Shown one piece after another: positions 1 through 11,215 of a stretch of 64,000 nucleotides of DNA. The position numbers were made by a program, and so were the translations under genes. The notes under the pieces are model-generated. The model worked only from the letters and a program-made list of their open reading frames with translations, was not told the origin of the DNA and did no database searches. This DNA comes from Eukaryota sp. GEM-RC1. Its lineage: Eukaryota. Numbering within the stretch: position 1 is the stretch's first letter; every line of letters starts with the position of its first letter. Location: assembly GCA_040285855.1 (NCBI GenBank), contig JAUFOQ010000002.1:434001-498000 (forward strand), in the 5' to 3' direction.

Positions 1-723
1 TACTGGTGGATATTCATGAAAGTTGAACTGTTGAAGTGGAATTGGTTCATGATGAGATTCATTCTCTTCTTCTAGAACTATCTTCTTGAACAACTCAAGC
101 GATTTTCTTATTGAATCAATGTAAATAGTTGACAGGTGGAGCCATTGTTGTCTGGGATTTAGTGGAGAACCTATTAGCCAAACTTTTCCCGGCACATGAG
201 GACACTCCTCGAAGTACTTTTCCACTGCTTTCCTCTCCTTATCCAATGCAAACAAGTCATCTTTTCGCATGTTTAAGTACATCATCTTACTTTTGATCAC
301 GTTCAGCAGTGACGTTTCAGTCAACTGCAGTCGTGAGAAGTAAGCATGGTACTTGTTAAGATTGGCCAGAATACTTGTTTGAATGATATTTGGATGGAAT
401 CCTTGATGTCCTGATTTAACAACAAGTCCTAAGGGTTCCATGATGTTACTGGCAGTGGAGATTCTCCTTCTGTCGTGAGAAGTAGCAGTTTCTATCATGA
501 GACGAGTACAGATTTTTGGATAAGTGTTGATGAGGCTTTGGAAGACATCTTGAGCGACAATGTCAATCTTCTTGGCTGACCGTCCCTTTTTAGTGCTAGA
601 AGATGGTTCGGTTGGACTGTTTGATCTGGTGTGGTGTTGACTTTGAGAGTCAATGTTACCAGAACTGGCATTGACTTGTTTTCGGGGTTTTGGAACAGGA
701 GAAAAGGCGGATTGCCCGGACAT
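1..723 (-). CDS. E2F/DP-like winged-helix protein, divergent; runs off the window start
   Basis: Not in the ORF track. Open frame from ATG at 723 (MSGQSAFSPVPKPRKQVN...) to position 1. Contains DRRRISTASNIMEPLGLVVKSG, resembling the E2F RRIYDIxNVLExxGLIxK motif. Confidence 0.55.
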   Translation of the reverse strand, partial: MSGQSAFSPVPKPRKQVNASSGNIDSQSQHHTRSNSPTEPSSSTKKGRSAKKIDIVAQDVFQSLINTYPKICTRLMIETATSHDRRRISTASNIMEPLGLVVKSGHQGFHPNIIQTSILANLNKYHAYFSRLQLTETSLLNVIKSKMMYLNMRKDDLFALDKERKAVEKYFEECPHVPGKVWLIGSPLNPRQQWLHLSTIYIDSIRKSLELFKKIVLEEENESHHEPIPLQQFNFHEYPPV

Positions 724-996
724 AAGTTCGAAGTAAAGTTGTGAAGAGGACGGCAAATTGTCGAGTTTTCTCGACTTTTTTCTCTTTGGTACTTCGTATT
801 TTGTGGGTTCCTTCACCACTCCTATACCTATACATATAATGTCCTTTCTCTATGCCAGCCAGTATAGAGGTACTTGATGTCATAATAACTAAAAAACTTT
901 CTGGTAAAGAGTATTCTATTACTCTAAACATGTATTCATCAGCTGAAAAAACTTCTTCTGTTTATAAACAAAAGACAATAAATAAAACACACTAAT

Positions 997-2310
997 CTAA
1001 TCATCATACAATACAATATACACGACGTAACACAAATACACCAAGAAGAAAATATAGCCAAGCCTATGCGTAAGCTGGAAGGAGTTGAGGAACAACGCAA
1101 CCACAATAAAAACAGCAACCAACAGCACAATAAACGAATTCCACACGAGTTTGACATCAACCATATAGATTGGCGAACCAGTAATCAAAGTAGACATCAA
1201 CCAAGGCACACCCATGGCAACAAGGATTGAGAAGACGTTAGCTCCAAGGGCATTTCCCAAAGCACTATTAGCACGTCCCTTTCGAATCTGAATGATACTA
1301 CCAAAAGCTTCCGGAAGACTTGACAGCGGGGCAAGAAGAATTGTTCCAAGGATAGCTGGACTCATTCCAATGAAGCAACCTAGACGAGTGACTATCTCAA
1401 CAACTAGAATTTCCATTCCAGCTAGAATAGCGAGACTAATAATGGCAGTAACTATGTACCATTGTTTCCACCTTGGTTTAGAGCAATCTGGAACGATGAT
1501 GTGTAGAATAGCTGTTGCAGGCTTCAAAGCAATATCAACAATAAGCGAGAGAATTGAGGCAACTTTAACATTGGGATTCGGTATGTCATCAAAATCGTCA
1601 TCTATGGCTATGTAATGTGAGTCAACAACATCAGAAGGAAGAGAATTGACCTTTGAATCAGATGTTGTTACTGTATTCTTCCGCAAGGGTTTCTGTATTA
1701 TTTCCTCGTCTTGTTCTAGAAGTGCCTTCAGTTCAGGCGTGAGATCTTGGGTGAATGCATATCTTTCACCACCAGATTTGTTAATGATTCTATCGTACAC
1801 GATAACAAAGACCAAATAAACGACATAAACTGCAAAGAGAAGTGTGCACTCTATCCATGTAATTTGATCGTCGCGAAGAACAACTAAGAGGAGAAAGTTC
1901 GACAGGATCCAGAAAGCAACATCCCGAATAAGGTATCTTGCTTCAACTCTCAGTACACCAGTGGTTGACAAACAAGCCACACCAGTCCCGATTAAGCCGT
2001 TAAAAACAAGTGATCCGATTACTGTTGAGGTACCGAGATCGCTTTCCTGTCCAAATAGAGAGATGACATGAATAAAGAGTTCAGGGGCACAAGAAACAGC
2101 TGCAAGAAAAGTACAACCAGTTGCTGATGGACTTAAATGGACTTTCTTTGCCATGGTTTCAACAGCAGCCACCAGTAAGTGACAAATCTGGGCAGTGACT
2201 CCAACACAATACAAGAGGGCAAGAGATAGCAAAACGATGTCAGGAACATTACGGAGATGAAATTCACAGTCATCAGGAAGATCATGATGCAGTCTATTCA
2301 AGAAGAACAT
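997..2310 (-). CDS. K+-dependent Na+/Ca2+ exchanger (NCKX/SLC24, CaCA family)
   Basis: Two alpha repeats (GCTFLAAVSCAPELF...GTSTVIGSLVFN; GTILLAPLSSLPE...ALGNALGANVFSIL), about 10 TM segments. Confidence 0.88.
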   Translation of the reverse strand: MFFLNRLHHDLPDDCEFHLRNVPDIVLLSLALLYCVGVTAQICHLLVAAVETMAKKVHLSPSATGCTFLAAVSCAPELFIHVISLFGQESDLGTSTVIGSLVFNGLIGTGVACLSTTGVLRVEARYLIRDVAFWILSNFLLLVVLRDDQITWIECTLLFAVYVVYLVFVIVYDRIINKSGGERYAFTQDLTPELKALLEQDEEIIQKPLRKNTVTTSDSKVNSLPSDVVDSHYIAIDDDFDDIPNPNVKVASILSLIVDIALKPATAILHIIVPDCSKPRWKQWYIVTAIISLAILAGMEILVVEIVTRLGCFIGMSPAILGTILLAPLSSLPEAFGSIIQIRKGRANSALGNALGANVFSILVAMGVPWLMSTLITGSPIYMVDVKLVWNSFIVLLVAVFIVVALFLNSFQLTHRLGYIFFLVYLCYVVYIVLYDD

Positions 2311-2568
2311 TGGTTTAAGTAGTCGAAAGGGTATCGATGAGAATTAAAAGAAAAAGTTTTAGAACAAAAATCTAGAGTACTAAACAATCAAAAATCTAGA
2401 GTGGACCCACTTGAAAGTGTATATATCAGAAAAAGTACCCATCATCATCAAGTTTATTTAGTCAATTACCACAAAGTTGTATAAGAACTGAGGTTCTATT
2501 GATCAGGAATTTTCTTGCTTTTAATATAAAAAGAGTTTATCTGCAACAATAAATTAATACATACTATT

Positions 2569-3120
2569 TCAGAATATGAAAGAAGTTAACTTCTCCACAT
2601 CAACACGATATGTATCCCTATACGATTTCGGATTAATGGAACATAAATACTTGGGAATGCTTCTATATAGAGCGACCATAATTGGATTAATCCATACAGC
2701 ATTATTAAACACCTTGCCATTAGAACGACACATAAGACTAAAATCACTGAAAAACTTCAAACCGGCTGGACCAATATTACTGGAACAAAAGAAAACTTTT
2801 AATATAGATTTTCATTAAGCTTCTTCAAAGCATCCACATATTTTGAACACTTTCGCTATTCAGCCTTTTCCAGATGACCATTTGAATCATTCAAAATGGA
2901 GTCTTGGTAGACTTTTGCAAACGGTTCAACTGTAGTAAAATCAACCACAACTTGAGATGAATCCAGGAAAGGAGCAGTTCAGTCACCACGCCGAGAATCA
3001 AACACGTTATGGTCACTATAATGTTTCAGAAGAGGTTCAATTTTACAACTATAATTGTAGGATTTGAAACTTTCATAAGCAACGTCACGAACAGCGTTAT
3101 GTAGATCAGATCGAAATTGC
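2569..3120 (-). mobile_element. Degenerate 3' end of an RLE-type (CRE/NeSL/R2-like) non-LTR retrotransposon
   Basis: Minus-strand translation with stops: LHNAVRDVAYE...RRGD*TAPF...VVVDFTTVEP...EKAE*RKCSKY...NIGPAGLKFF, matching the RHN, RxD, D and ExxKxxKY restriction-like endonuclease motifs. Confidence 0.7.
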
Positions 3121-3218
3121 AAAAATAATAATATTGTTTAAAAAAACGGATTTGCGTGTTGAAACTATTTATAAATAAAAACTATTAAAACAAACTACCC
3201 AATTCCGAACAGTAGTTA

Positions 3219-3276
3219 CAGTCTACCCTCAATATGGTGACTGCTGCAAGGGTGTCACTATATCGAAGGTAGATTG
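3219..3276. mobile_element. Minimal pogo/Tc1-type MITE (58 bp)
   Basis: TA-CAGTCTACCCTCAATATGGTGAC...GTCACTATATCGAAGGTAGATTG-TA; same TIR family as 39171-40160. Confidence 0.7.
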
Positions 3277-4866
3277 TACCACTAGTCCACTTCGGCCTTC
3301 ATAGAATCATCATATTTATGCATTGACTCAAAAAGTGAAAGCAGATGTACTCTTCCATTGCTACCTGTTAATGGTGTTGTTTCATAGAATTTATTTCTAT
3401 ATCTAATTTTGTCTTCTTCTTGTAAACTATTTTTAATCAGAATAGTATAGTACTGTTCAAAATACTGCTAGGCCAATAAGGAAATTGGCTAACACACCAA
3501 TTTCTAGTGTAAAAGCAACGTGTGGTGAATCTAAAGATTTTATGCACAACCAGCAACAACAATGTACTGTCTTATTGTTGTTGTCTCAAACCATTGTAAG
3601 AGCACGCAATCCACATTATGTTACAATTATAGACACTAAAATTATAACCAAAATACCTGATATGTAACATCATTACACCATTTCCTACAAAGCCACCTGC
3701 ACTGCTCTACTATACCACACTCTCGGAAGATTGTTCAAGATTTTCTAATTTTCAAAAATGTGAACATAATACTACATGTATGATTCCTTAAATGAATTTA
3801 GAAAGAGATCAACACTTGCTATTTGATTGTACATTGAAATCTTAAAAGGCCGTGATTAAGACTAATGAATGCCGGAAATAAGAGAACTAGTATGCTACAG
3901 TCCAATTTCATTTTTTCTGCAGTTCGTTGCCACCTAGTCAAATAGCAATTGCGATCTGCAGAAATTCGATTTTAATTCATACGACGTTGCTATGCTCAAT
4001 CAAAATTGAAATTTGTATTTCTTACAATTGCTATTTTTATGGTTGGCAGTAATAGTGATATGATAACCTACTAGTATTTATTAATTGTTAGAGATTCAGA
4101 ATGGCACAATCGCTTGTTTTTTGCTCTGTTCCCAACAATAATTACTAGCTTTCTAATTCAGTTATTGTTAAAATGTTTAAGATATGTTTAGTTCTAGATT
4201 TTAGATGGAATTCAACAATTCGTTAGTCAGACAGTTAACACAAACGTAATTGATTCTATGGAAATAACTAAAATCATGTTAGAAAAAGGTTGAGCTCACT
4301 AAAGTATGTGTCTTTGACTTCTGCAACTTCAGCACCTCTATAAAGCGTTATTTCAATTAGCCAAAACTACTCACAGTCAGTTTATTTCTTGGCATTTCTC
4401 TAAGCTTTACTTGTAATGAGTTCCTTTTTGAGGACAAAGCTGTGTGAATATTTGATAGTGATGTGTTGTTTCAATAAAATCACATTTTAGTTTTTAGAAT
4501 CATCACTTTGTATTCGGAATAAAACACAAAAGCACCTATCAAATGGCGCGTTTTCTGAACACTATTTTCATAGCAAAAACGAACCTAGACTAATGATAAG
4601 GAACCCCCTTTATATTTATTGAATTAACACATCATTGGCAAATTAAATGACTGATAACGTATATGTCGAATTAAAAAATGTCATCAAAGAATGAACAAAA
4701 GATAAACACAAAACCTCTCTAAAAGATCTGATAAATAACAACACAACCTGAAACAAAACTACATTTATCCAAAAATAGAGTCAAAATATTGAACTGAACG
4801 TTCAACGAAATCATCACCTCTCTAAACTTTTTAAAAAAAACACACATATTAATAATACAATTCCAA

Positions 4867-7638
4867 TTAATCCGCTCCTACTTCTTCCAAAGCCTTTTGA
4901 AAATCTTTAATCCTTGAATTACTCTTACATCCACTCTCAACGTGCTCATGCCAGACACTTTCGTCGATGTTCAAATGACAAAGGGGACATCGTAAAAGGG
5001 AAGGATCGGCTGGAGCACAATTCTTCCATTGAACGTGTTGTTTGTACTTTGACTTAGCCACCGCCTCTTGACATTTAGTACAGGCTCTATAATTACCCTT
5101 ACCTTGACATTCTTCTAGTAAATGATTGTTCAAGAGCTCTACTAAAATGATTTGATTGCATGATGGACATGACGTCATGTAAGGACAAACATTGAACCAA
5201 TGAAGGTCAAGCTCCTCCTCTGACAGTAGGGAAAATCCACAGTACTCACAGCAATGATCATTCAAAGACTCCTCCACCATATAACCATCCGGAGACTTAG
5301 TTCGAGGGACTTCTTCTGGTGGTGGAGCAACTTCCTTAGGTTTCTCCTTTGGTTTCTCAGCAGGTTTTGTCTTGTTCTCTGCTGGTTTCTCCTTAGCTTT
5401 CTCTTTTCCCTTCTCATTAGCCTTCGGTGTAACCTTCTTAGTTCTACTTGGCTGGTTTCTTGGCTTCTCTGGTACTGGAGTTTCAACTACAGTAGGAGTC
5501 GTACCCATTTCCTTCTCCATCTTCTCTTGCAACGCTGTAGTAGCAACTCTCAAGAACTTTAATACTTCTGGAGTGGAGGACAAACTCTTTTCTGAAGGTA
5601 GGAGAGCCGTAGCTTTGTTTAACCCAAAGAAGTCTGCGTACCAAATCAAGAGCTCGTTACAACTGTTTCTGACGTCAACTGACACGTGGAGGAGTCCTTC
5701 AGGGATGATCCGTTCCAAACCTTCCGAAAGTTGTTTTGAGAATAAATGTGATTGGGGAAGTGAGTGGAAGGAATCGATAATAGAGATCAAGGGTGCAGAG
5801 AGCAACTTGCCTAATTTGGCAACATTTCGAACACCTTGAGATTTTGCTAGATTTTTCAAAAACAAATTAATTCCTGAAATTATAACTAAATCAGCATATT
5901 CAGGTTTAAAAGATGAAATGCAATCCAAACAATGCCTACAGAGAGAATTAGTTCGAATATTAGAGTCTGCCAATCGTCCAATCAACAACGAAGCGGTGCC
6001 AATCAAATCTGATGGCTTAAGCGGAGGAGAAAGCTTATTCCCATTCATCATAATCTCCCTCAATAAAAGTCCTACAGTTTCAATTGACTTTGGTTGACCT
6101 TCCTCAGGTTTCCCAGTCAAAACCCCAATCAAAACAGCAGTGTGTTTGTCCTGAGCAAAGGTCTCTAAAGCAAGGAAGTAACCTCTGGATGGGCCTTGAC
6201 CACTGTGGAGAAGAGAGACGAGGCGTTCAGCAGCTAAGAGACGATGTTGCCAATGCTTTGAGGCTAGTAGGGATCCTACTTCGTCACCTCCGACTGCCAT
6301 GACGTCACCCAATCGATCACGATCTTTTGAGGAAAGTTTAGGGACAGGTGGTGAATCGTCATCACTAATCGCTGATTGTTGATCAACAAAAGGGGAAGTT
6401 TCTGATAGTGGTTGAGACTGATTGAGTGGTTTGATTGGCCTCTCATCAGGGTTTTTAACCCCCGGTTGCCTCTTAACTAATACTTCCCTCTTTACTTCTC
6501 TCTTTGGAGATCCTCTTGGTATCTCAACTTTCTCTTCTACTGGGAAAGGGTTATTCTGCATTGGTTTAATAGGTCTATCATCAGGATGAATCACTTTTGA
6601 TGGACTTTCTATTTTGGGAGGTGATTGAGGGACAAGCATCTCAGGACTAACACTGACAGCATCTTCATCAAAGCTATCCTCATAGTTTTCAGTGTGAACC
6701 ACTTCTATAACTGGATCACTAGAGTTACTAAGGGTTCGTTGATGTGGAGAGCCTAGGACTGGACCCCTGGGGGATACCCGGGGTGCAATGGGGGGCAGGT
6801 TTGATGGGATAGGGGTGTCGGATTCAGTTTTTAGTTTTGATTTAATTGATTGAATTTCAAATTTAATTCTTTTTGCCTCTTGGTAATTCTCAACTGAAAC
6901 GGCTCGTTGCTTTTCATTCTCTAACTTTAAAATCCGTTCTCCCGCTGCTCGCCACACATCAATCAACTGTTTGAGTTCTTCACATTTGTCATAGTCTTCA
7001 GATGCAAGAGCTTGGGATTTTAATTTTAATAAATATTTAATTTGTTTTGCTGATTCTCCGTCGATTACTGGTTGAATAGCTTCTCTAGGGACTCCCTTGT
7101 GAGGAACTAATCCATCAGAAACGATTGATTCACTTATGATTGGTCTATCAGAGTCAGTCACGCAACCTAGAACCTTGACCTTTAGCAGAGCCACTTTATT
7201 CAAAGTATTAAGATCGTTTGCATGACATTTGAAAAGAACAAGTCGAATGAACTGAGCATCTTGGTCTACTTTGACAGTTTTAAGTTCCCTTGCTTTATAC
7301 TTAGTATGAGAGTTTGGGGAGAGAGAAAAGTGTCCAAGGCGTTTGAAAGTGGCAGAGGTATATGATGAGGATTGTTGTAGAGGTGGAGAGCTACCTAGAA
7401 AGACTTCAATGCGTGAAGGGATTATGTATTCGTGACAGAGAATCTGGATATTTTGGATGTATGATGGTTGAGATAGAGCAAATGTGATTTCTTGAGGCAT
7501 TGGAGAGTAATCAGCTGAGTACCAGCCCCCATGATGAGAGGTAGGACTACCGGAAGACTGATGAAGAACAACAGCAGGATGAGATGGATCTTCAGAAGAG
7601 CATTGTACAACTTTGAATGACAGATTGTTGTCAGCCAT
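4867..7638 (-). CDS. CEP104: Centrosomal/ciliary protein CEP104
   Basis: N-terminal jelly-roll (IQILCHEYIIPSRIE, KARELKTVKV), UVR-like coiled coils (EDYDKC..LK, ENYQEAKRIK), TOG/HEAT region (SKHWQHR), C-terminal C2HC zinc-finger array. Confidence 0.9.
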   Translation of the reverse strand: MADNNLSFKVVQCSSEDPSHPAVVLHQSSGSPTSHHGGWYSADYSPMPQEITFALSQPSYIQNIQILCHEYIIPSRIEVFLGSSPPLQQSSSYTSATFKRLGHFSLSPNSHTKYKARELKTVKVDQDAQFIRLVLFKCHANDLNTLNKVALLKVKVLGCVTDSDRPIISESIVSDGLVPHKGVPREAIQPVIDGESAKQIKYLLKLKSQALASEDYDKCEELKQLIDVWRAAGERILKLENEKQRAVSVENYQEAKRIKFEIQSIKSKLKTESDTPIPSNLPPIAPRVSPRGPVLGSPHQRTLSNSSDPVIEVVHTENYEDSFDEDAVSVSPEMLVPQSPPKIESPSKVIHPDDRPIKPMQNNPFPVEEKVEIPRGSPKREVKREVLVKRQPGVKNPDERPIKPLNQSQPLSETSPFVDQQSAISDDDSPPVPKLSSKDRDRLGDVMAVGGDEVGSLLASKHWQHRLLAAERLVSLLHSGQGPSRGYFLALETFAQDKHTAVLIGVLTGKPEEGQPKSIETVGLLLREIMMNGNKLSPPLKPSDLIGTASLLIGRLADSNIRTNSLCRHCLDCISSFKPEYADLVIISGINLFLKNLAKSQGVRNVAKLGKLLSAPLISIIDSFHSLPQSHLFSKQLSEGLERIIPEGLLHVSVDVRNSCNELLIWYADFFGLNKATALLPSEKSLSSTPEVLKFLRVATTALQEKMEKEMGTTPTVVETPVPEKPRNQPSRTKKVTPKANEKGKEKAKEKPAENKTKPAEKPKEKPKEVAPPPEEVPRTKSPDGYMVEESLNDHCCEYCGFSLLSEEELDLHWFNVCPYMTSCPSCNQIILVELLNNHLLEECQGKGNYRACTKCQEAVAKSKYKQHVQWKNCAPADPSLLRCPLCHLNIDESVWHEHVESGCKSNSRIKDFQKALEEVGAD

Positions 7639-8358
7639 ATTGGTGCTAATTGATCTTGGTGATGGGTTGGTGATGGTGTATTAAAGAAGTTGAACAATTG
7701 AAATGAATTTGGAATTACAACTAGAAGTAAAGAATATCATCAATATTTAACAAACGAGACACTAATATGTACCTCTACATCATCTCACATTCCTGTCTCA
7801 ATTCAAAGAGACGGTTTAGAATCAAATCAAAATACCTAAACAATGCTTTAAAGAGGCAAAAATGACTAAGTTCCTCTCAAATAACTTTTATTAAATCTCT
7901 TTCCATACAGCTTACACAATTTGCCGAAAGATGTTAGAATTTTTTTTTCCAAAGAAGTCAAACGTTCCGTAAAGAGAAATACTGAATTTATACCGTACTA
8001 TTAGTAGTACTCAAGTACAATGTAGACCATTTTGAAATCCTTTCCCTTTACTATTTCTAGTTCTTTTAAAAGAGGTCTGATCTGCTCTCCATTGGACGAA
8101 ACTCTTTGAAGTTACTTACATGTACATACCATGTACTAAGACCAGTTTTAGCTTCAATACTTCTTGCATAGATTCTTGCAACATGAAAGGGATTTAAGTT
8201 TAGAATATTAAATTAAAACTTAACAAAAAAGAGAACCCGCAACTCAGAATAACTAATTAATATAAAATACATGTCATTTTTTGAAAGAATATCTACAATT
8301 CTTTTTTTGACAACGATACACCATCTGCCGTTCCATGGCAACACTGGGGACTTCTACA

Positions 8359-8925
8359 CTAGAAATTTGGATTCAAAACACTTCTAATGGTCTTCAATGA
8401 CTCTTCTAGTGAGTCAACCTTACCCTGGAGATGGTCATTCTCTGTTTCGAGAGTTGAATTACGTTCTTCTAACTGAACAACAGCAGCCTCGACCTTTTCC
8501 CTATACTTATTGATTTCAGACAGCGTCAGTGATCTGGTATGTTCAAGTTCCTTCAGTTTAAGAGTCATATCACGTTCTCTCTGTTCATGTTCTGAAATTA
8601 ACTCTTGTAGTATTTTGACGTATCCGTCACTACAGCAATCACATCCACAGGAGCAGGTGGGTTTAATTTCACCTCGGGTAGAATGCGATTTCAGTGTTTG
8701 AGATAAGGAAAGATCATCCTTCAAATGAGAATCTCTGGTGTTGGTAGAATTAAGACTATGGAGGGAAACAGAAGCGGAAGGAACTAAGTTATCAAAAGGT
8801 TTCCGGTTTTCATTGAATTTAGCTGTCCTCGTCCGTGAGGTAGAACGATAACTAGGTCTGGTAGACGTAGACGACAGAGACCGCGAGCGAGAAGTGGGTC
8901 TTCGAGGTCGTGAAGTGGACAGCAT
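8359..8925 (-). CDS. Hypothetical coiled-coil protein
   Basis: 188-aa ATG ORF: S/R-rich N-terminus, CxCxCxCC patch, heptad C-terminus. Confidence 0.6.
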   Translation of the reverse strand: MLSTSRPRRPTSRSRSLSSTSTRPSYRSTSRTRTAKFNENRKPFDNLVPSASVSLHSLNSTNTRDSHLKDDLSLSQTLKSHSTRGEIKPTCSCGCDCCSDGYVKILQELISEHEQRERDMTLKLKELEHTRSLTLSEINKYREKVEAAVVQLEERNSTLETENDHLQGKVDSLEESLKTIRSVLNPNF

Positions 8926-8936
8926 TTAGGTTTTTC

Positions 8937-10195
8937 CAGTGTTATACCATAACCGAATTTTCAAATGCCATGCGCCTATGGCCTATGGGTCATGGCTTTC
9001 GGACGCATGGCGCGAAAATACGCATGGCACATTGGCAATATTTTTGATATCCAACCAAGTAGATATGACGTAAATGAACACATATCGATATATCCCAGTA
9101 TGTATTATTGGTTTGTAATTGCAAATCTGTTCTCATACAATTCATTTCACAATCAATTTGAATCCAGTTCTTCTTTTGATGATTCTTATACTCCTGTTAC
9201 ATGCAGGAACTCAAATGGTACAGTAGCCTGTGTAGTCAAGAAGCTTGCCATTAAGTAAATCTCACAAGTATGTTCAGCAGGAGCATGTGAAAGGGTTTGG
9301 AGCTCATATTCTTTTATTCACTCAAACCGAAGCCACCGGCTCACAACCAAAAGAGCTAGGAAGTTAGTGCATGTGCACTTTACTTCCAAATTTCAGAAAC
9401 AAGCTGGTCTTATGAATCAAAGATGGACAGAACACAGCATGGACAGCGATTCTGACTAGTAGAGCTCTTTATATAGGTTTAATAAATAACATTCTTTAAG
9501 CATGTGTATCATAGAACTACTGTACATGCTCATGTAGTACAGTGCAGGCCTGTCACTTGATAAAAATCGTTTAAAACGTATTTTGAAAAAAACGACGTTT
9601 TTTATTCTTGTCAACGTTTTTTATATTCTGGATTGACACAAAAAGCACTACTCCACTTTTGTCTTAATATGACAGGTGTTACTTTATGTATGTTGTTTCT
9701 GTATTTGTTGGTGACACTATTGCTGGTACAGTATATGCTCTTTGGTTCTGTATCTGAGTGAAACGACCTTCAGGTACACTCGAACAGTGTTTTTGTTACA
9801 TATACCCCATTATCTTCCCGTCCTGACCACGTGATCATCGTTAGATGAGCACTTATACTTCATCTCCATGGTGTTATGCTTCCAATCTCAAAAGAACATA
9901 GCTGCAATGATCGAACTATGGAAGATTTGGTTGATGTAAATGAAGTGAGAACAAAGTGAAAAGTTGAAAAAGTTGATCTGCCCTTTTTGAACGTTTTTTA
10001 TTAAATTCGAAAAAAACGTAAAAAACGATAAAAAACGTCGTTTTTTATTTTTGATCAACGTTTTAACAGCCTGGTTAACAGTGTCATTGTTGGAATAACA
10101 ACACGTGTTAACACGCCATAACAACACGGCCATAATCAGAAAATGCCATGCGCCTATGGACGCATGGCAGTTATGGCCGTCATGGTACAACACTG
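8937..10195 (+). mobile_element. Non-autonomous hAT element with transposase C-terminal remnant
   Basis: TIR CAGTGTTATACCAT/ATGGTACAACACTG; perfect 8-bp TSD GGTTTTTC; GCCATG/CATGGC subterminal repeats. About 9236-9381 translates as SQVCSAGACERVWSSYSFIHSNRSHRLTTKRARKLV (hAT dimerization domain). Confidence 0.88.
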
Positions 10196-10255
10196 GGTTT
10201 TTCGATTTCACTTCTTCCAACAGCCACTTGTTTTTTGCTCTATTGTAACTGATCT

Positions 10256-11101
10256 ATGACTTCGTCTGAACCAACATCCTGGTCATCACTTATAAAACAA
10301 TATGATGCTTCCAGGAAAAAATCTATTAAAGTTCCAATACCTTCTGTCGTCACTTATAAAGCGGTCAAATCTAAAGAAGCAGAATATAATCCTGTCACAC
10401 AGAAGTTTGTTGACAATACACGAGAAGATGAAAGATCTTCTTCTCAACGCCTTACCTTTTTTAATCAAGTCAAAACTGGATATGAAAGACAACTGAAACA
10501 AACTCACACTCCTTTCAATATTGTTACTCACAATTGTAAACCTGGAGTGAAACTCAGGGAAAAGCCGAAAACCCCTCCCAGACTAGGTACTCTTCGAGCT
10601 TCTTACTGTAACTACAACATTACTGCCCCTCCACCTCCAGCTGAGAATTCAAAGCCAATCAGAGTCTATAATTGTGCTAAATCTTGCGAATATAACATTG
10701 TTGCTCCAGATCCTGTCATTGCTAAACCCAGGAAACTGACATCACCGCCAACATTCAAGGAGAAACCTCAAGGGAAGAAGATCTTATCAAATAGATCAAC
10801 CGCAACCTTGTCAAAAGTCCTACAGTCTTCTTTCGAATCAGAGCCCTTTACTACAGTTAAAGTTAAAAGAGGAAGGTCTGTGAGGAGTGCGGAAGGTTCT
10901 ATGAGGAAAACCAATGATAACTTCTGTATGAGGCAAGAGGAACGTAGAAGAGCTCGGTTTCAAGACAATCATTTTGATTGTTGTGAGTATCAGGAAGGAT
11001 ATAACCCAGTTACGAATTTACCTTGTTCTGGACTTGACAGTCATCCCATTGCCCCACTTCGAACGGCTTCTAGACCTTCCATAACTGAACTCTTGGGGTG
11101 A
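10256..11101 (+). CDS. Hypothetical protein with repeated (Y/F)N(P/I)(V/T) motifs, possibly flagellar
   Basis: 281-aa ORF with EYNPVT, PFNIVT, YNIT, EYNIVA and GYNPVT repeats; function inferred only. Confidence 0.6.
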   Translation: MTSSEPTSWSSLIKQYDASRKKSIKVPIPSVVTYKAVKSKEAEYNPVTQKFVDNTREDERSSSQRLTFFNQVKTGYERQLKQTHTPFNIVTHNCKPGVKLREKPKTPPRLGTLRASYCNYNITAPPPPAENSKPIRVYNCAKSCEYNIVAPDPVIAKPRKLTSPPTFKEKPQGKKILSNRSTATLSKVLQSSFESEPFTTVKVKRGRSVRSAEGSMRKTNDNFCMRQEERRRARFQDNHFDCCEYQEGYNPVTNLPCSGLDSHPIAPLRTASRPSITELLG

Positions 11102-11215
11102 ACAATTTAAAATATTGTAAATTATTTTAAAAATTCAATTGAATGTATTATATAATGTGCAACTTGTCAAAAACGACACAATTTATTACAATGTACCATC
11201 TTTGTTTTCTTTTTT

